NCBI GenBank assembly: GCA_011043895.1 | Contig: DRBZ01000006.1 | Location: 1 to 35,425 of the forward strand | From: Candidatus Cloacimonadota bacterium | GTDB taxonomy: Bacteria; Cloacimonadota; Cloacimonadia; JGIOTU-2 | DNA: 35,425 nt | Reading direction: 5' to 3' | Notes under the pieces: model-generated | Told to the model about the DNA's origin: nothing | Seen by the model: the letters and a program-made list of their open reading frames with translations, nothing else | Database searches by the model: none | In this document: one piece after another, positions 18,817 through 32,637 of the stretch | Position numbering within the stretch: position 1 is the stretch's first letter | How the letters are laid out: each line of letters opens with the position of its first letter | Translations under genes and position numbers: made by a program

Positions 18817-21800
18817 ATGTTTAAAAAAGTTTTAACAAAAGTTTTCGGCACTCAGTTCGAGCGGGAAGTGAAAAAGATACAGCCCGTTGTCGATGAGATA
18901 AACCGTATATATGAAACACTCTCATCCATCTCAGATGAAAAGTTGAAACACAAAACCGTCGAATTTAAAGAGAAGATACAGCAGCATATTGCAGAAAAGC
19001 AAGCGCTCCTCGAGGAACTTGAAGCAGACTATGACGAGACGATCGATGAGGATGCAAAAGACCAGATCGGCTTCAGGATCGATGAAGCGAAAAAGGATAT
19101 CGAAGATGAAACCGAGAAAGTGCTGGAAGAGATATTGCCCGAAGCTTTTGCTGTGATAAAAGAAACCTGCAGACGCCTTGTTGGTTCTTCGTGGAAAGTG
19201 CGGGACCACGAAACTCAATGGAATATGATCCCGTATGATGTGCAGCTTATCGGTGCGATCGCACTCCATCGGGGTATGGTGGCTGAGATGAAGACTGGTG
19301 AAGGTAAAACTCTTGTTGCGACAATGCCCTTATATCTGAATGCACTCGTGGGTAAAGGTGCGCATCTTATCACGGTTAACGACTACCTCGCCCAGCGTGA
19401 TGCTGAATGGATGGGGCAGATTTACAAGTATCATGGATTGTCTGTCGGATGCATCATTAATGATCAGGATCCATCTAAGCGAAAAGAGCAATACGAAGCA
19501 GATATTACGTACGGAACCAACAATGAATTTGGATTTGATTATCTTCGTGATAATATGGCTGTGAGCCCTGAGGGAATAGTGCAAAGAGGACATCATTACT
19601 GCATTGTTGATGAAGCAGATAGTGTTTTGATCGATGAAGCGCGTACTCCTCTTATTATTTCAGGAACAGTTGAGCATTCAAAGAATTATTATCGGGAGTT
19701 GAATCCGCAGATAAGAAAACTGGTAAACAAGCAGCAGAAATTGGTGAATGAAATTCTTGCTGATATCAATTCAATGATAGAAGCGGGAACTGCGCAGGAA
19801 AATGAGTTTGAATTTGGTAAAAAATTACTTACAGTTAAGCGAGCCGCACCCAAATCTAAAAGGTTTCTCAAGATCCTCAAAGAGGGAACATATCAAAAAA
19901 TAATGAATGAAGTTGAGGGGCAATATCTTAGAGAGAAGTCTCTACATAAAATTGATGAGCAGCTTTATTATGCGATCGATGAGGGTCAGCGTAGCGCAGA
20001 TTTAAATGAAATGGGACAGGATGAACTTTCCCGGTATGATGCTTCACTTTTTGTGATGCCGGATCTCGACGAGGAGATGGAAAAAATTGATGCTGATGAA
20101 TCGATTCCTGTGTCAGAAAAGCAGGCAAAAAAGCAGAAACTTCAGGAGGAATTCCTCGAGAAGAATGAAAAACTGCATAATATCAAACAGATGCTGCTTG
20201 CATATTCACTTTTTGAGAAGGATGTCGAGTACATCGTTGCAGAAAACCGAGTGATCATTGTTGATCAGTTTACCGGTCGTCTTATGCCGGGCAGGCGTTT
20301 TAGTGAAGGATTGCATCAAGCATTGGAAGCCAAGGAGAATGTACAAATTCAGGAAGCTACTCAGACACTTGCGACCATTACATTACAGAACTACTTCCGC
20401 ATGTATACCAAACTTGCCGGTATGACAGGTACCGCAGTAACCGAGCAGGTAGAATTCGAAGAGATTTATAAACTTCCGGTACTGGAAATTCCTACCAATG
20501 AACCAATCAGGAGGATAGATTATGATGATCTGATCTATCGTACGAAAAAAGAGAAATACGAAGCAATCGTCGATGAGATAGAAGAAAAATATAAGCAACG
20601 CCATCCAGTTCTTGTTGGAACAGTATCTGTTGAAGTATCTGAGGTGATAAGTAGAATTTTGAAACGAAGAAACATTCCACACGAAGTTTTGAATGCGAAA
20701 TATCATCAAAAGGAAGCAGAGATAGTTGCCTATGCCGGTCAGGCTGGTGCGGTTACCATAGCTACGAACATGGCTGGTCGTGGTACTGATATCAAGCTGG
20801 GTAAGGATATTGTTCGATGTGATACATGCGTGATTCATTGTCTGAATGATTGCGATAAAGCAGGTGCAAATAAACCCTCTGAAAATTATGATTGTGCAAA
20901 GGATATGCCCTGTGGACTTCACATCATTGGAACAGAACGGCATGAGAGCAGGCGAATTGACAGGCAGTTACGAGGACGTAGCGGACGCCAAGGTGATCCA
21001 GGTTCTTCTCGATTCTATCTCTCTCTGGAAGATGATCTTATGAGAATTTTTGGTTCAGACAGAATCGCAGGGCTTATGTCGCGTATGGGACTTGAAGAAG
21101 GTGATGCAATCAAACATCCCTGGATGACACGAGCTGTAGAAAATGCACAAAAAAGAGTGGAAAGTCATAATTTTGAGATTAGAAAACAGCTTATCAAATA
21201 TGATGATGTGATGAATCAACAACGTGAAGTTATTTATTCCTATAGAAGAAAAGTATTAAAGGGCTTGAATCTTCGTGATGAGATCATGGAAATGCTCTAT
21301 GATGTTGTGTCGAACAAGGTTAACTCATTTATCGGATCAACAGTATATGAGGAGAATTGGCCTCTTGAGGATATTTATGGATGGTTTGAAAATGAACTTA
21401 TAACCTCGCTTTCCATACCAGATGAGCTTGGTTCGATCAGAAATCAGGAAGATCTTATAGATAATATTTTTGATCAACTCAAGAAGGGATATTCAAAGAA
21501 AGAGAAGAATTTCGAAGAAGATCAGCGAAAATTAGAACGATACGCACTCTTATCAGTAGTTGATGAACAATGGAAAGACCATCTCTATGAAATGGATAGA
21601 TTGAAAGAAGGTATCGGTTTACGTGCATATGCTCAGAAAGATCCACTGATTGAATATAAAAAGGAAAGTTATAATCTTTTCTTGAATATGCTCGACACGA
21701 TCAAAGAAAAGGTTGTAAAAAAAACATTTACACTCTATCCTTCGATTTATTTCCAGATGAAGGATAAAGTTAAAGATATGCAGCTTTCTCATTCTGAACA

Positions 21801-22002
21801 AAACGCTTTCGATCATACAAAAGCACGTGCAGAGCAAGCAAGGCAACGACAGCAGTTACAGCAGATGCAGCAGCAACCTGAACCCGAACCGGAACACAAA
21901 CTTCAACCCATTCGAAGAACAGAAGAGAAAGTAGGCAGGAATGATCCCTGTCCATGTGGAAGTGGTAAAAAATATAAGCATTGTTGTGGAAGAAATAAAT
22001 AA
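18817..22002 (+). CDS. secA: Preprotein translocase ATPase SecA (long form)
   Basis: [75 protein letters not shown]; C-terminal SEC-C motif [19 protein letters not shown]. Confidence 0.98.
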   Translation: MFKKVLTKVFGTQFEREVKKIQPVVDEINRIYETLSSISDEKLKHKTVEFKEKIQQHIAEKQALLEELEADYDETIDEDAKDQIGFRIDEAKKDIEDETEKVLEEILPEAFAVIKETCRRLVGSSWKVRDHETQWNMIPYDVQLIGAIALHRGMVAEMKTGEGKTLVATMPLYLNALVGKGAHLITVNDYLAQRDAEWMGQIYKYHGLSVGCIINDQDPSKRKEQYEADITYGTNNEFGFDYLRDNMAVSPEGIVQRGHHYCIVDEADSVLIDEARTPLIISGTVEHSKNYYRELNPQIRKLVNKQQKLVNEILADINSMIEAGTAQENEFEFGKKLLTVKRAAPKSKRFLKILKEGTYQKIMNEVEGQYLREKSLHKIDEQLYYAIDEGQRSADLNEMGQDELSRYDASLFVMPDLDEEMEKIDADESIPVSEKQAKKQKLQEEFLEKNEKLHNIKQMLLAYSLFEKDVEYIVAENRVIIVDQFTGRLMPGRRFSEGLHQALEAKENVQIQEATQTLATITLQNYFRMYTKLAGMTGTAVTEQVEFEEIYKLPVLEIPTNEPIRRIDYDDLIYRTKKEKYEAIVDEIEEKYKQRHPVLVGTVSVEVSEVISRILKRRNIPHEVLNAKYHQKEAEIVAYAGQAGAVTIATNMAGRGTDIKLGKDIVRCDTCVIHCLNDCDKAGANKPSENYDCAKDMPCGLHIIGTERHESRRIDRQLRGRSGRQGDPGSSRFYLSLEDDLMRIFGSDRIAGLMSRMGLEEGDAIKHPWMTRAVENAQKRVESHNFEIRKQLIKYDDVMNQQREVIYSYRRKVLKGLNLRDEIMEMLYDVVSNKVNSFIGSTVYEENWPLEDIYGWFENELITSLSIPDELGSIRNQEDLIDNIFDQLKKGYSKKEKNFEEDQRKLERYALLSVVDEQWKDHLYEMDRLKEGIGLRAYAQKDPLIEYKKESYNLFLNMLDTIKEKVVKKTFTLYPSIYFQMKDKVKDMQLSHSEQNAFDHTKARAEQARQRQQLQQMQQQPEPEPEHKLQPIRRTEEKVGRNDPCPCGSGKKYKHCCGRNK

Positions 22003-22014
22003 TCGAAAGGATAT

Positions 22015-24213
22015 ATGGCAAAGAATTTAGTTATTGTAGAATCTCCAACAAAATCCAAAACCATTGGACAATATCTTGGTAAAGACTTCACTATTCTCGC
22101 TTCAATGGGACATATTCGAGATCTTCCTCAGAAGGATTTCGGAATCAATATCAAAGATAATTTCAAACCGACTTATGTGCTTGATCCAAAGAAACAAAAG
22201 ATCGTAAAAAAGATTAGAGATGCTGCGAAGGAAAGTGATAATATCTATCTTGCCTCAGATAACGATCGTGAAGGAGAAGCCATCGCCTGGCACCTGAAAG
22301 AGATACTGAAGAATACGATATCAGATGAGGATATATATCGTATTGTATTTAACGAAATCACAAAAGATGCAATTCTGGATGCAATCGAAAATCCTGCGCA
22401 TGTTGATGAAAACAAAGTAGAAGCACAACAAGCAAGAAGAATACTTGATCGAATTGTCGGGTACAAGGTGAGTCCAATCCTATGGAAAGTCATCACCAAA
22501 AAACTTTCTGCTGGTCGTGTACAAACTGTTGCTTTGAGACTCCTTTGTGAGCGCGAGCAAGAGATTCGTGATTTTGTTCCGAAAGAATACTGGTCTATCG
22601 ATGCAGAACTCAAAAAAGAAATCCCTTTTAATGCAACTCTGAAGAAATATAATGGCAAAACAGTTAAGCTTAACACGAAGGAGGAAGCTGAAGAGATCTT
22701 CGATAAGCTTGCTTCTGCGCAATATACTGTATACGATGTAAAAAAATCAGAGAAATCTCAAGCACCTTTTCCGCCATTTATCACCAGCACACTTCAACAG
22801 GAGGCTTCAAAACTACTTGGATTCACTACTAAAAAAACTATGCAAATTGCACAACAGTTGTACGAGGGAGTTACTATCAACAATCGTAATACAGGGCTTA
22901 TCTCTTATATGAGAACTGATTCTGTGCGCATCGGCGAAAAAGCGAATTTCCAACTGAGAAAGTATATTAAAGATAATTATCCGGAAGAATATCTTTGTAA
23001 ATATTTACGTGTATATAAGAATAAGAACAAAGCACAGGATGCACATGAGGCCATACGTCCGACCAACAGTTTCACTACTCCAGATTCTATCAAAGAATTT
23101 TTAACAAAAGACCAGTATAAACTCTATTCCCTTATCTGGAAACGCTTTGCAGCAACCCAGATGGCTAACATGAATATTCAAAACATCACTGCTCATATTT
23201 CAGCCGAAAAAGGGCTTTTTGAAACACAAGCAAGTTCAGTTCTGTTTGAGGGATTTTCAAAAGTTTATCCTTATATGCCGGTAAAAAATCTCAAGGAGAA
23301 ATTCCCGGATCTTATAAAAGGTGATAATGTTGAGCTTATAAAACTGGATAAGAAGCAGCATTTTACGCAGCCGCCGCCACGGTTTACAGAAGCATCTCTT
23401 GTAAGAAAACTTGAAGAAAAGGGTATTGGAAGACCAAGTACTTATGCACCGATTATATCTACTCTTCTCCTGAGGAAGTATGTTGAGCTGAAGAAAAAGG
23501 TTTTTTATCCTACTGAGCTTGGTGAAACCGTTGAGAAATTCCTCATTGAAAAATTCGAAGATTTCTTTAATGTGAAGTTCACCGCAGATATGGAAAGCAA
23601 GCTTGATGATATTGAGAATGGAGAAAGGAACTGGATAGAGATACTCGAACATTATTATGACGATTTTATAAAGAGCATAGACAGCATTGATATCTCAAAA
23701 GAAAAAAAGAAATACGAGCAGAAAACAGATATTCTTTGTGATAAATGCGGTTCACCAATGGTTATCAAATTTGGAAAATACGGAAAGTTTCTTGCATGTT
23801 CAGCATTTCCTAAATGCAAAAATGTGAAATCCTTGGATGAAAATGAGAAAATTGTCGATGAAACCACCGATGAAAAATGTCCTAAATGCGGAGGAAAAAT
23901 TCTGTTTAAGAATGGTAGATACGGCAAATTCTTTGCCTGCGAAAACTACCCTACCTGTAAATATACAAGACCCTACACGATTGGTGTGAAATGCCCTGAA
24001 TGTAAGGATGGGGATCTTATTGAAAGAAAAGGAAAAAAGAACAAATTGTATTATACATGTTCAAAGTATCCTGATTGTAAATTTACGACAAATAAAAAAC
24101 CTGTTGCAATTTCCTGTCCTGATTGTGGGGCACCTTCGATGTTTGAGAAATCCTCAAGAAAAAAAGTGAAGATCCTTGTGTGTGAAAAATGCGGTAAAGA
24201 GATAGCGCAATGA
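22015..24213 (+). CDS. topA: DNA topoisomerase I with C-terminal C4 zinc ribbons
   Basis: LVIVESPTK, DNDREGE, SAGRVQ, active-site ISYMRTD, QDAHEAIRPT, GIGRPSTYA; repeated CxxC..C..(F/Y)PxC. Confidence 0.98.
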   Translation: MAKNLVIVESPTKSKTIGQYLGKDFTILASMGHIRDLPQKDFGINIKDNFKPTYVLDPKKQKIVKKIRDAAKESDNIYLASDNDREGEAIAWHLKEILKNTISDEDIYRIVFNEITKDAILDAIENPAHVDENKVEAQQARRILDRIVGYKVSPILWKVITKKLSAGRVQTVALRLLCEREQEIRDFVPKEYWSIDAELKKEIPFNATLKKYNGKTVKLNTKEEAEEIFDKLASAQYTVYDVKKSEKSQAPFPPFITSTLQQEASKLLGFTTKKTMQIAQQLYEGVTINNRNTGLISYMRTDSVRIGEKANFQLRKYIKDNYPEEYLCKYLRVYKNKNKAQDAHEAIRPTNSFTTPDSIKEFLTKDQYKLYSLIWKRFAATQMANMNIQNITAHISAEKGLFETQASSVLFEGFSKVYPYMPVKNLKEKFPDLIKGDNVELIKLDKKQHFTQPPPRFTEASLVRKLEEKGIGRPSTYAPIISTLLLRKYVELKKKVFYPTELGETVEKFLIEKFEDFFNVKFTADMESKLDDIENGERNWIEILEHYYDDFIKSIDSIDISKEKKKYEQKTDILCDKCGSPMVIKFGKYGKFLACSAFPKCKNVKSLDENEKIVDETTDEKCPKCGGKILFKNGRYGKFFACENYPTCKYTRPYTIGVKCPECKDGDLIERKGKKNKLYYTCSKYPDCKFTTNKKPVAISCPDCGAPSMFEKSSRKKVKILVCEKCGKEIAQ

Positions 24214-25469
24214 AGTATTCAGAAACCATTGTGTCGAGCATCAAAAGTATCCTTTCCCATAAATTGCGTTCTTTTCTCACGCTGGCGGGTATAATGATAG
24301 GTGTCGCTGCAGTTACTACAATGTTCTCTTCTGTGGAAGCAATGAAGAAGCTGATCGAAGATACTATTAGCTCTCTAGGATATGATAATGTCATAATACT
24401 GTATTCAAAATTTCCCGATACTAGCGAGGATGAACTAAAGAAATATAAATCAGTGAAACGCTTCAAGCAGATAAATTTTAATGATTTCTTCGCCTTAAAG
24501 AATAATTTAGAACATATTGAATATATTTATCCTACAGTAGATGATCAAAGGAACACCATAATAAATGGGAAAAAAAGCCAGATCCGCATTAAAGGTGTAG
24601 AGAATATATTCTTTGATGAAAAGGGTTACATTATTGCAGAGGGTAGAAAATTCAATGTGATAGAAACTGAAAATGGTGAAAACGTATGTGTATTGGGTAA
24701 AACTCTGAGTTCCAAGCTCTTCAGAGATGAGAGTGCGGTCGGTAAATTCATTTCCATTGGTGATGTGCGATTAAAAGTCATCGGAATATTGGATTTCGAA
24801 GAGAAACAAAGCAATTTTGCAAAGGGTAATGAATGGGAACGGAGACTTGCTCTTGAATCATGTTATGTACCAACTTACTTTAGCTCTAAGTATCTCAGGC
24901 CAACTATGAATATCGATGTAATATGGATAAAAGCAACTGATGCTCAGCTCGTAGGAGATGTATATAATTCAGCTGTTCAAATTTTAAGAGCACGCCATAA
25001 TATGGCTGATGATGTGGGTATGCGAGATATAAGCAAGGATATGCTCGAGGTTCGTCAGCAGATTCAAGAATTTCTGAAAAACTGGAATATTATCCTTCTT
25101 GCAATTTCAAGCATCTCGCTTTTTACGGGTGGAATCGGGCTTTTTAGCATATTGCTGATATCTATTACAGAGCGCATGAAAGAGATTGGGATTCGTAAAA
25201 GTGTTGGTGCAAAAAATCGAGATATCTTTTCATATTTTCTGATCGAATCTATCATGCTGGCTTTAATTGGTGGAATCGTTGGCTCTGGTTTTGCGCTTAT
25301 TCTTATCAATATACTTACAAAAGCATTGAAAGTTACTACAGCATTTCCATATCTCGGTATAATTGTTGGATTGATTTTTGCGATTGTGGTGGGATTGATT
25401 TCAGGTTTTTATCCAGCATATAAAGCATCAAAGATAGACCCTATACAGGCGATCTTTTACACCGAATAA
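24210..25469 (+). CDS. MacB/FtsX-type ABC transporter permease
   Basis: KLRSFLTLAGIMIGVAAV, periplasmic domain, GGIG..ITERMKEIGIRKSVGA, GFYPAYKASKIDP. Confidence 0.92.
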   Translation: MKYSETIVSSIKSILSHKLRSFLTLAGIMIGVAAVTTMFSSVEAMKKLIEDTISSLGYDNVIILYSKFPDTSEDELKKYKSVKRFKQINFNDFFALKNNLEHIEYIYPTVDDQRNTIINGKKSQIRIKGVENIFFDEKGYIIAEGRKFNVIETENGENVCVLGKTLSSKLFRDESAVGKFISIGDVRLKVIGILDFEEKQSNFAKGNEWERRLALESCYVPTYFSSKYLRPTMNIDVIWIKATDAQLVGDVYNSAVQILRARHNMADDVGMRDISKDMLEVRQQIQEFLKNWNIILLAISSISLFTGGIGLFSILLISITERMKEIGIRKSVGAKNRDIFSYFLIESIMLALIGGIVGSGFALILINILTKALKVTTAFPYLGIIVGLIFAIVVGLISGFYPAYKASKIDPIQAIFYTE

Positions 25470-25478
25470 CTGCTGAAT

Positions 25479-27976
<2,498 letters not shown>

Positions 27977-28043
27977 TATCAACCTGATAACAATATTTAA
28001 ATGCAAATCTTGTTAAGGTTGATTGTTCGAAAGGATACATATA

Positions 28044-29600
28044 ATGAAAAAAGCAAAGATACTCTGGATAGATGACGAAATACAAATGCTTAAACCCCAT
28101 ATACTCTTTCTTCAGGAAAGAAATTTTGAAGTGATTACTGCATCAAATGGAAATGATGGCATTGAATTGGTAAAAGAACAGAATTTTGATATTGTACTTC
28201 TTGATGAGATGATGCCCGGTCTTGACGGACTGGAAACCCTGGAACAAATAAATAAGATCAACGAGACGCTTCCAGTGGTGATGGTTACTAAGAATGAAGA
28301 AGAAGGTTTGATGAATAAGGCGATCGCTCAGCAGATAACGGATTATATCATCAAGCCAATAAATCCCAATCAAGTTCTTATGTCATTGAAGAAAATACTG
28401 ATGTCAGAAGAAATTCGACGTAATCGAACAGGTGAAGAATATGCAGAATTCTCTGCCAAGCTCAATCAAAAGCTCTTTCGTGAGCCAAATTGGGAAGATT
28501 GGATAGATATTTATCGGTCCATTGTCGAATGGGATCTTAAACTTGACCAGCTTTATTATGAAGATATCATTCAGATGCATATTTTTGAGAAGAAGAACTG
28601 CGATAATGAGTTCTCGAACTACATCGCAAATAATTATGAGAATTTCTTCACAGATCAAGATAAACCAGTTCTTTCTCATGAAGTGGTAAAAAAATATGTT
28701 GCTGATAAACTATACACAAAGAAATTAGTATACTTCATTGTGCTGGACTGCCTTCGTCTTGACCAATTCCTAGTTTTTAAGCCCTTCATTGAAGAAATTT
28801 TCAATGTGAAGACGGATTACTATTACTCTATCTTACCCACATCAACACCGTATTCACGTAATGCGATTTTCAGCGGTATGATGCCTAGCAGAATAGCAAA
28901 GATATTCCCTCAATATTGGAGAAACAGCAAGGATGTGGAAAACAGTTTTAACCGTGATGAACATTTTTTTTTGGATGAGCAACTCAAGCGATTTGATATC
29001 CCAATACCACAAGGTACAAAATATACGAAGGTACTCAATACTGAAGAGGGAGAATTTGTGACTAAGAAGATCCCGTCCTACAAGAAGGAACGATTGGTGA
29101 TAGTTGTATATAATTTTCTGGATCTATTGTTGCATCACAGATTTAAAGATGAGGTTCTGCAGGAAATAATCCCTAATGATCGTGCCTTACGTTCATTAAC
29201 AAAGCTGTGGTTCCTTAATTCTCAGTTCTATGAGACTCTTAAATTGATCTCTCAGCAGGATGCGATCGTGGTGCTGACAACTGATCATGGTTCAATCAAA
29301 GTCGAGCATGCAACCAAAGTGATCAGCGATAAGGAAATTTCGTCTGGCTTGAGGGCTAAACATGGGAAAAATATCACCTGCAATGAGCGACATACTATAA
29401 AAGTGACCAATCCATCAAAATATCATCTGCCGATCGAGAATGTGGTGGAGAACTACATCTTTGCAAAAGGTGATCATTACTTTGTATATCCAACTGATTA
29501 CAACGAATATAAGCGAAAATTTGATGGAACATACCAGCATGGTGGAGTATCCATGGAAGAGATGATACTACCGATATCAGTGCTAACTCCGAAGAAATAA
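28044..29600 (+). CDS. porX: PorX-like response regulator (REC + PglZ/alkaline-phosphatase-fold domain)
   Basis: ILWIDDE, LLDEMMPG, VMVTKNEEE, DYIIKPINPNQ; PglZ motifs VLDCLRLDQ, ILPTSTPYSRNAIFSG, TTDHG, YQHGGVSMEEM. ATG at 28044 after AAGGA. Confidence 0.88.
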   Translation: MKKAKILWIDDEIQMLKPHILFLQERNFEVITASNGNDGIELVKEQNFDIVLLDEMMPGLDGLETLEQINKINETLPVVMVTKNEEEGLMNKAIAQQITDYIIKPINPNQVLMSLKKILMSEEIRRNRTGEEYAEFSAKLNQKLFREPNWEDWIDIYRSIVEWDLKLDQLYYEDIIQMHIFEKKNCDNEFSNYIANNYENFFTDQDKPVLSHEVVKKYVADKLYTKKLVYFIVLDCLRLDQFLVFKPFIEEIFNVKTDYYYSILPTSTPYSRNAIFSGMMPSRIAKIFPQYWRNSKDVENSFNRDEHFFLDEQLKRFDIPIPQGTKYTKVLNTEEGEFVTKKIPSYKKERLVIVVYNFLDLLLHHRFKDEVLQEIIPNDRALRSLTKLWFLNSQFYETLKLISQQDAIVVLTTDHGSIKVEHATKVISDKEISSGLRAKHGKNITCNERHTIKVTNPSKYHLPIENVVENYIFAKGDHYFVYPTDYNEYKRKFDGTYQHGGVSMEEMILPISVLTPKK

Positions 29601-29604
29601 TGTT

Positions 29605-30036
29605 ATGATAGAATTACCTGTAGAATATATCAGCAAAAGCGAAGAAGAAACAGCAAGTATTGCAGATAATTTCTCAAAGGAGATTGAATCAGGTTCTCTG
29701 ATTGCATTAGTTGGTGAACTTGGAAGCGGGAAAACCTTTTTTGTGAAGAAACTCGCAAAAATCCTTGGTTTCGACGGATATGTGTCCAGTCCAACGTTTA
29801 CCATACTAAATATTTATGAAGGAGAGTTACCTATATTCCATTTTGATTTTTACCGGCTGAAAGATCAGGTTGACATTGAAAATATCGGATTTTATGATCT
29901 TATACGTGAAGACGGTATCTTTCTCGTTGAGTGGCCAGAGAAGGCGCGTTCTCTGTTTCCTGAATGGTATTATCAGATAACATTTGACATTCTCGGTAAA
30001 GATACGAGGAATATTAAAATTGAAATAATAAAATAA
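29605..30036 (+). CDS. tsaE: tRNA t6A37 biosynthesis ATPase TsaE
   Basis: GELGSGKT, VSSPTF, HFDFYRL, LVEWPE. Confidence 0.96.
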   Translation: MIELPVEYISKSEEETASIADNFSKEIESGSLIALVGELGSGKTFFVKKLAKILGFDGYVSSPTFTILNIYEGELPIFHFDFYRLKDQVDIENIGFYDLIREDGIFLVEWPEKARSLFPEWYYQITFDILGKDTRNIKIEIIK

Positions 30037-30044
30037 GGTAGCGT

Positions 30045-31391
30045 ATGTCCAGATTAATGAAAAGCGTATCCGGTATCAGAGGAATCGTAGGTGATACTCT
30101 GAATGTAGAGCTTGTGCTCTCGTTTGCAAAACGCTTCGGTGTGTTTACTGGTCGAGGAAGAATTGTTATTGGAAGAGATTCAAGAACAACCGGAAAGATG
30201 CTTCAGCAGGTGGTTTCCGCAGGTTTGATGTCAGTGGGATGTGACGTGATCGATATCGGGATATGTCCCACACCCACCGTACTTCTAGCAGTTGAAAATC
30301 TCAATGCGAATGGTGGTATCGCAATTACAGCAAGCCATAATCCACCTGAATGGAATGCACTCAAGCTGATCAATGCTGAAGGAACATTTCTTACTCCTGA
30401 GCAAGGAAGAGAGTTCTGGAATATTCCTGAACAAGAGTTTGTTGATCTTGATTGGGAGAAGGTTGGTTCACTTTCTAACTATGAGAATGCAATCGATGAT
30501 CATATTCGGGCTATACTTGGTCTCGATGTTGTAGCTGTTAATGAAATTCGAGAAGTACATTTCAAAGTTGTGATAGACTCCACTAATGGTGCTGGTGGAT
30601 TGATGTCCCCAGGATTGCTGAAAGCACTTAATTGTGAAGTTATCGAACTGTTTTCTGAACCAACAGGTAAATTTTCCCGTGTAGCAGAACCTGTTGCAAA
30701 AAATCTAACTGAGCTTGAGAAAGTAGTGAAAGAGAACAATGCTGATATTGGATTTGCAACCGATCCCGATGTTGATAGATTGTCCATTGTATCTGATAAA
30801 GGTAAGGCACTTGGTACTGAATTTACTTTACTGCTTGCAGAGAAATATATTCTTTCTCAGGAAAAAGGATGTATAGCCACAAACTTGTCATCCTCAATGG
30901 CATCAGAAGAAATAGCAAAAGAGTATGGTATAAAAGTTTTTAGAACACCTGTGGGTGAAATCAATGTTGCACAAGCTATGAAGAAGCATGGATGTGTGAT
31001 CGGTGGAGAAGGAAATGGCGGAGTTATTTATCCCAATCTGCATTTCACCAGAGATGCACCACTGGCAATGACGCTGATTCTATCGTATATGGCAAAAACA
31101 GGAAAGAAAATATCAGAACTTGTAGTAGAGATTCCTCATTATTTCATGTACAAGACTAAAATAGAAATCGATGCTGGACTTGATTTTACTACACTTGAAT
31201 CAGATATACAAAAAGATAATGTTGATTTAAAAATTGATCGACAGGACGGAATTAAATTGATAGCTGATGATTATTGGATACACATAAGAAAATCTGGAAC
31301 TGAGCCGATCGTAAGAGTGATTGCAGAGAGCGATACAGAAGAAAAATCTGAGAAATTGTGTGACAAGATTATCACAAAGTATTTTAAATAG
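30045..31391 (+). CDS. glmM: Phosphoglucosamine mutase / phosphohexomutase
   Basis: SVSGIRG, GRDSR, ITASHNP, DPDVDR, GGEGNGG, RKSGTEP. Exact sugar specificity cannot be determined from sequence. Confidence 0.85.
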   Translation: MSRLMKSVSGIRGIVGDTLNVELVLSFAKRFGVFTGRGRIVIGRDSRTTGKMLQQVVSAGLMSVGCDVIDIGICPTPTVLLAVENLNANGGIAITASHNPPEWNALKLINAEGTFLTPEQGREFWNIPEQEFVDLDWEKVGSLSNYENAIDDHIRAILGLDVVAVNEIREVHFKVVIDSTNGAGGLMSPGLLKALNCEVIELFSEPTGKFSRVAEPVAKNLTELEKVVKENNADIGFATDPDVDRLSIVSDKGKALGTEFTLLLAEKYILSQEKGCIATNLSSSMASEEIAKEYGIKVFRTPVGEINVAQAMKKHGCVIGGEGNGGVIYPNLHFTRDAPLAMTLILSYMAKTGKKISELVVEIPHYFMYKTKIEIDAGLDFTTLESDIQKDNVDLKIDRQDGIKLIADDYWIHIRKSGTEPIVRVIAESDTEEKSEKLCDKIITKYFK

Positions 31392-31394
31392 ACT

Positions 31395-32363
31395 ATGGAA
31401 CAAGTTACTGGCTGGCTGCATAATATAACCAATATCGAACAGGATATTTTGAGTAAAATTATCATTTCGATCCTGATACTGATAGTGCTTAAGATAATAC
31501 ATCTGGTTGTTCTCAAGATAATGTGGAAGAATATTGAAGAACCTCGTAAGCGTTATCGATGGAAAAAAACAGTCACATATATTTTTGTATTTATCGGATT
31601 TCTCATATTAGGCAGAGTCTGGCTCAAGGCGTTCCAATCACTGGCTACATTCCTTGGATTGCTCTCAGCTGGACTGGCGATTGCATTGAAAGATATCATA
31701 ACTGATATCGCAGGATGGATATTCATTATTTGGCGCAAACCCTTTGAAGTGGGGGATCGTATCGAGGTTGGAAAACATGCTGGTGATGTAATTGACATCA
31801 GGTTATTTCAGTTCAGTTTACTTGAGATTCGTAACTGGGTGGATGCAGACCAGAGTACAGGACGCATCATAAATATCCCAAACAGCAGAGCACTTAATGA
31901 TGTCGTAGCTAATTTCAGTAAAGGATTTCAGTATATATGGAATGAGATTCCAGTCCTGATAACTTTTGAGAGCAACTGGCGAAAAGCAAAGACGATCTTA
32001 CAACAGATCGGTAATAAACATGCAGAACATCTCACTCCCCATGCGCAGAGAAGACTGAAAGAAGCTTCTCGAAAATTCATGATCTTTTATAAAAATCTTA
32101 CTCCTACGGTATACACTTCAGTAAAAGATAGTGGTGTGATGCTGACTGTAAGATACCTGTGTGAACCACGTAGGAGAAGAGCCACTGAACAGGCGATTTG
32201 GGAGGATATTTTAGTTGTTTTCAATAGTACACCCGGGATCGAATTCGCCTATCCCACCCAGAGATTCTATTATGATAAAGCTCGCGACTTTTCAATGGAG
32301 AGCCCTGAGAAAATGGTAGATGAAAATGATCAATCAGAAGGAGATGATAAAAATGGAATTTGA
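31395..32363 (+). CDS. MscS-family mechanosensitive channel
   Basis: TM helices, GLAIALKD..IAGW, PFEVGDRIEVG..GDVIDI, IPNS, IEFAYPTQ. Confidence 0.92.
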   Translation: MEQVTGWLHNITNIEQDILSKIIISILILIVLKIIHLVVLKIMWKNIEEPRKRYRWKKTVTYIFVFIGFLILGRVWLKAFQSLATFLGLLSAGLAIALKDIITDIAGWIFIIWRKPFEVGDRIEVGKHAGDVIDIRLFQFSLLEIRNWVDADQSTGRIINIPNSRALNDVVANFSKGFQYIWNEIPVLITFESNWRKAKTILQQIGNKHAEHLTPHAQRRLKEASRKFMIFYKNLTPTVYTSVKDSGVMLTVRYLCEPRRRRATEQAIWEDILVVFNSTPGIEFAYPTQRFYYDKARDFSMESPEKMVDENDQSEGDDKNGI

Positions 32364-32637
32364 TAAAGAATCACAGGAGTATAAGGAAGCAAAAGCTCGA
32401 GTTGATGAGTTACGAGGATTCTGGTCACATTTTGTGGTTTACCTGATTGTTAATGCAGGATTGTTGATCATTAATCTTATTACAAGTCCTCATCAATTGT
32501 GGTTTTATTGGCCTCTGATAGGTTGGGGAATTGGTTTATTTGCACATGGTTTTCATGTTTTCGGAGCTCAGAGAATCATGGGTAAGGATTGGGAAGAACG
32601 GAAGATCAAGAAATATATGGAAAGAAAAACAAAATAA
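32353..32637 (+). CDS. Stand-alone 2TM domain protein
   Basis: YKEAKARV..GFWSHFVVYLIVN..WFYWPLIGWGIGLFAH..WEERKIKKYM; the ATG at 32353 is suitably spaced from GAAGGAG. Confidence 0.85.
   Translation: MEFDKESQEYKEAKARVDELRGFWSHFVVYLIVNAGLLIINLITSPHQLWFYWPLIGWGIGLFAHGFHVFGAQRIMGKDWEERKIKKYMERKTK

Noticed and set aside
21830-21900. CAG-rich / PEPEPE stretch in secA
   Set aside because: Ordinary low-complexity linker before the SEC-C motif.
23730-24200. Many CxxC motifs at the TopA C-terminus
   Set aside because: Standard topoisomerase I zinc ribbons; not novel on their own.
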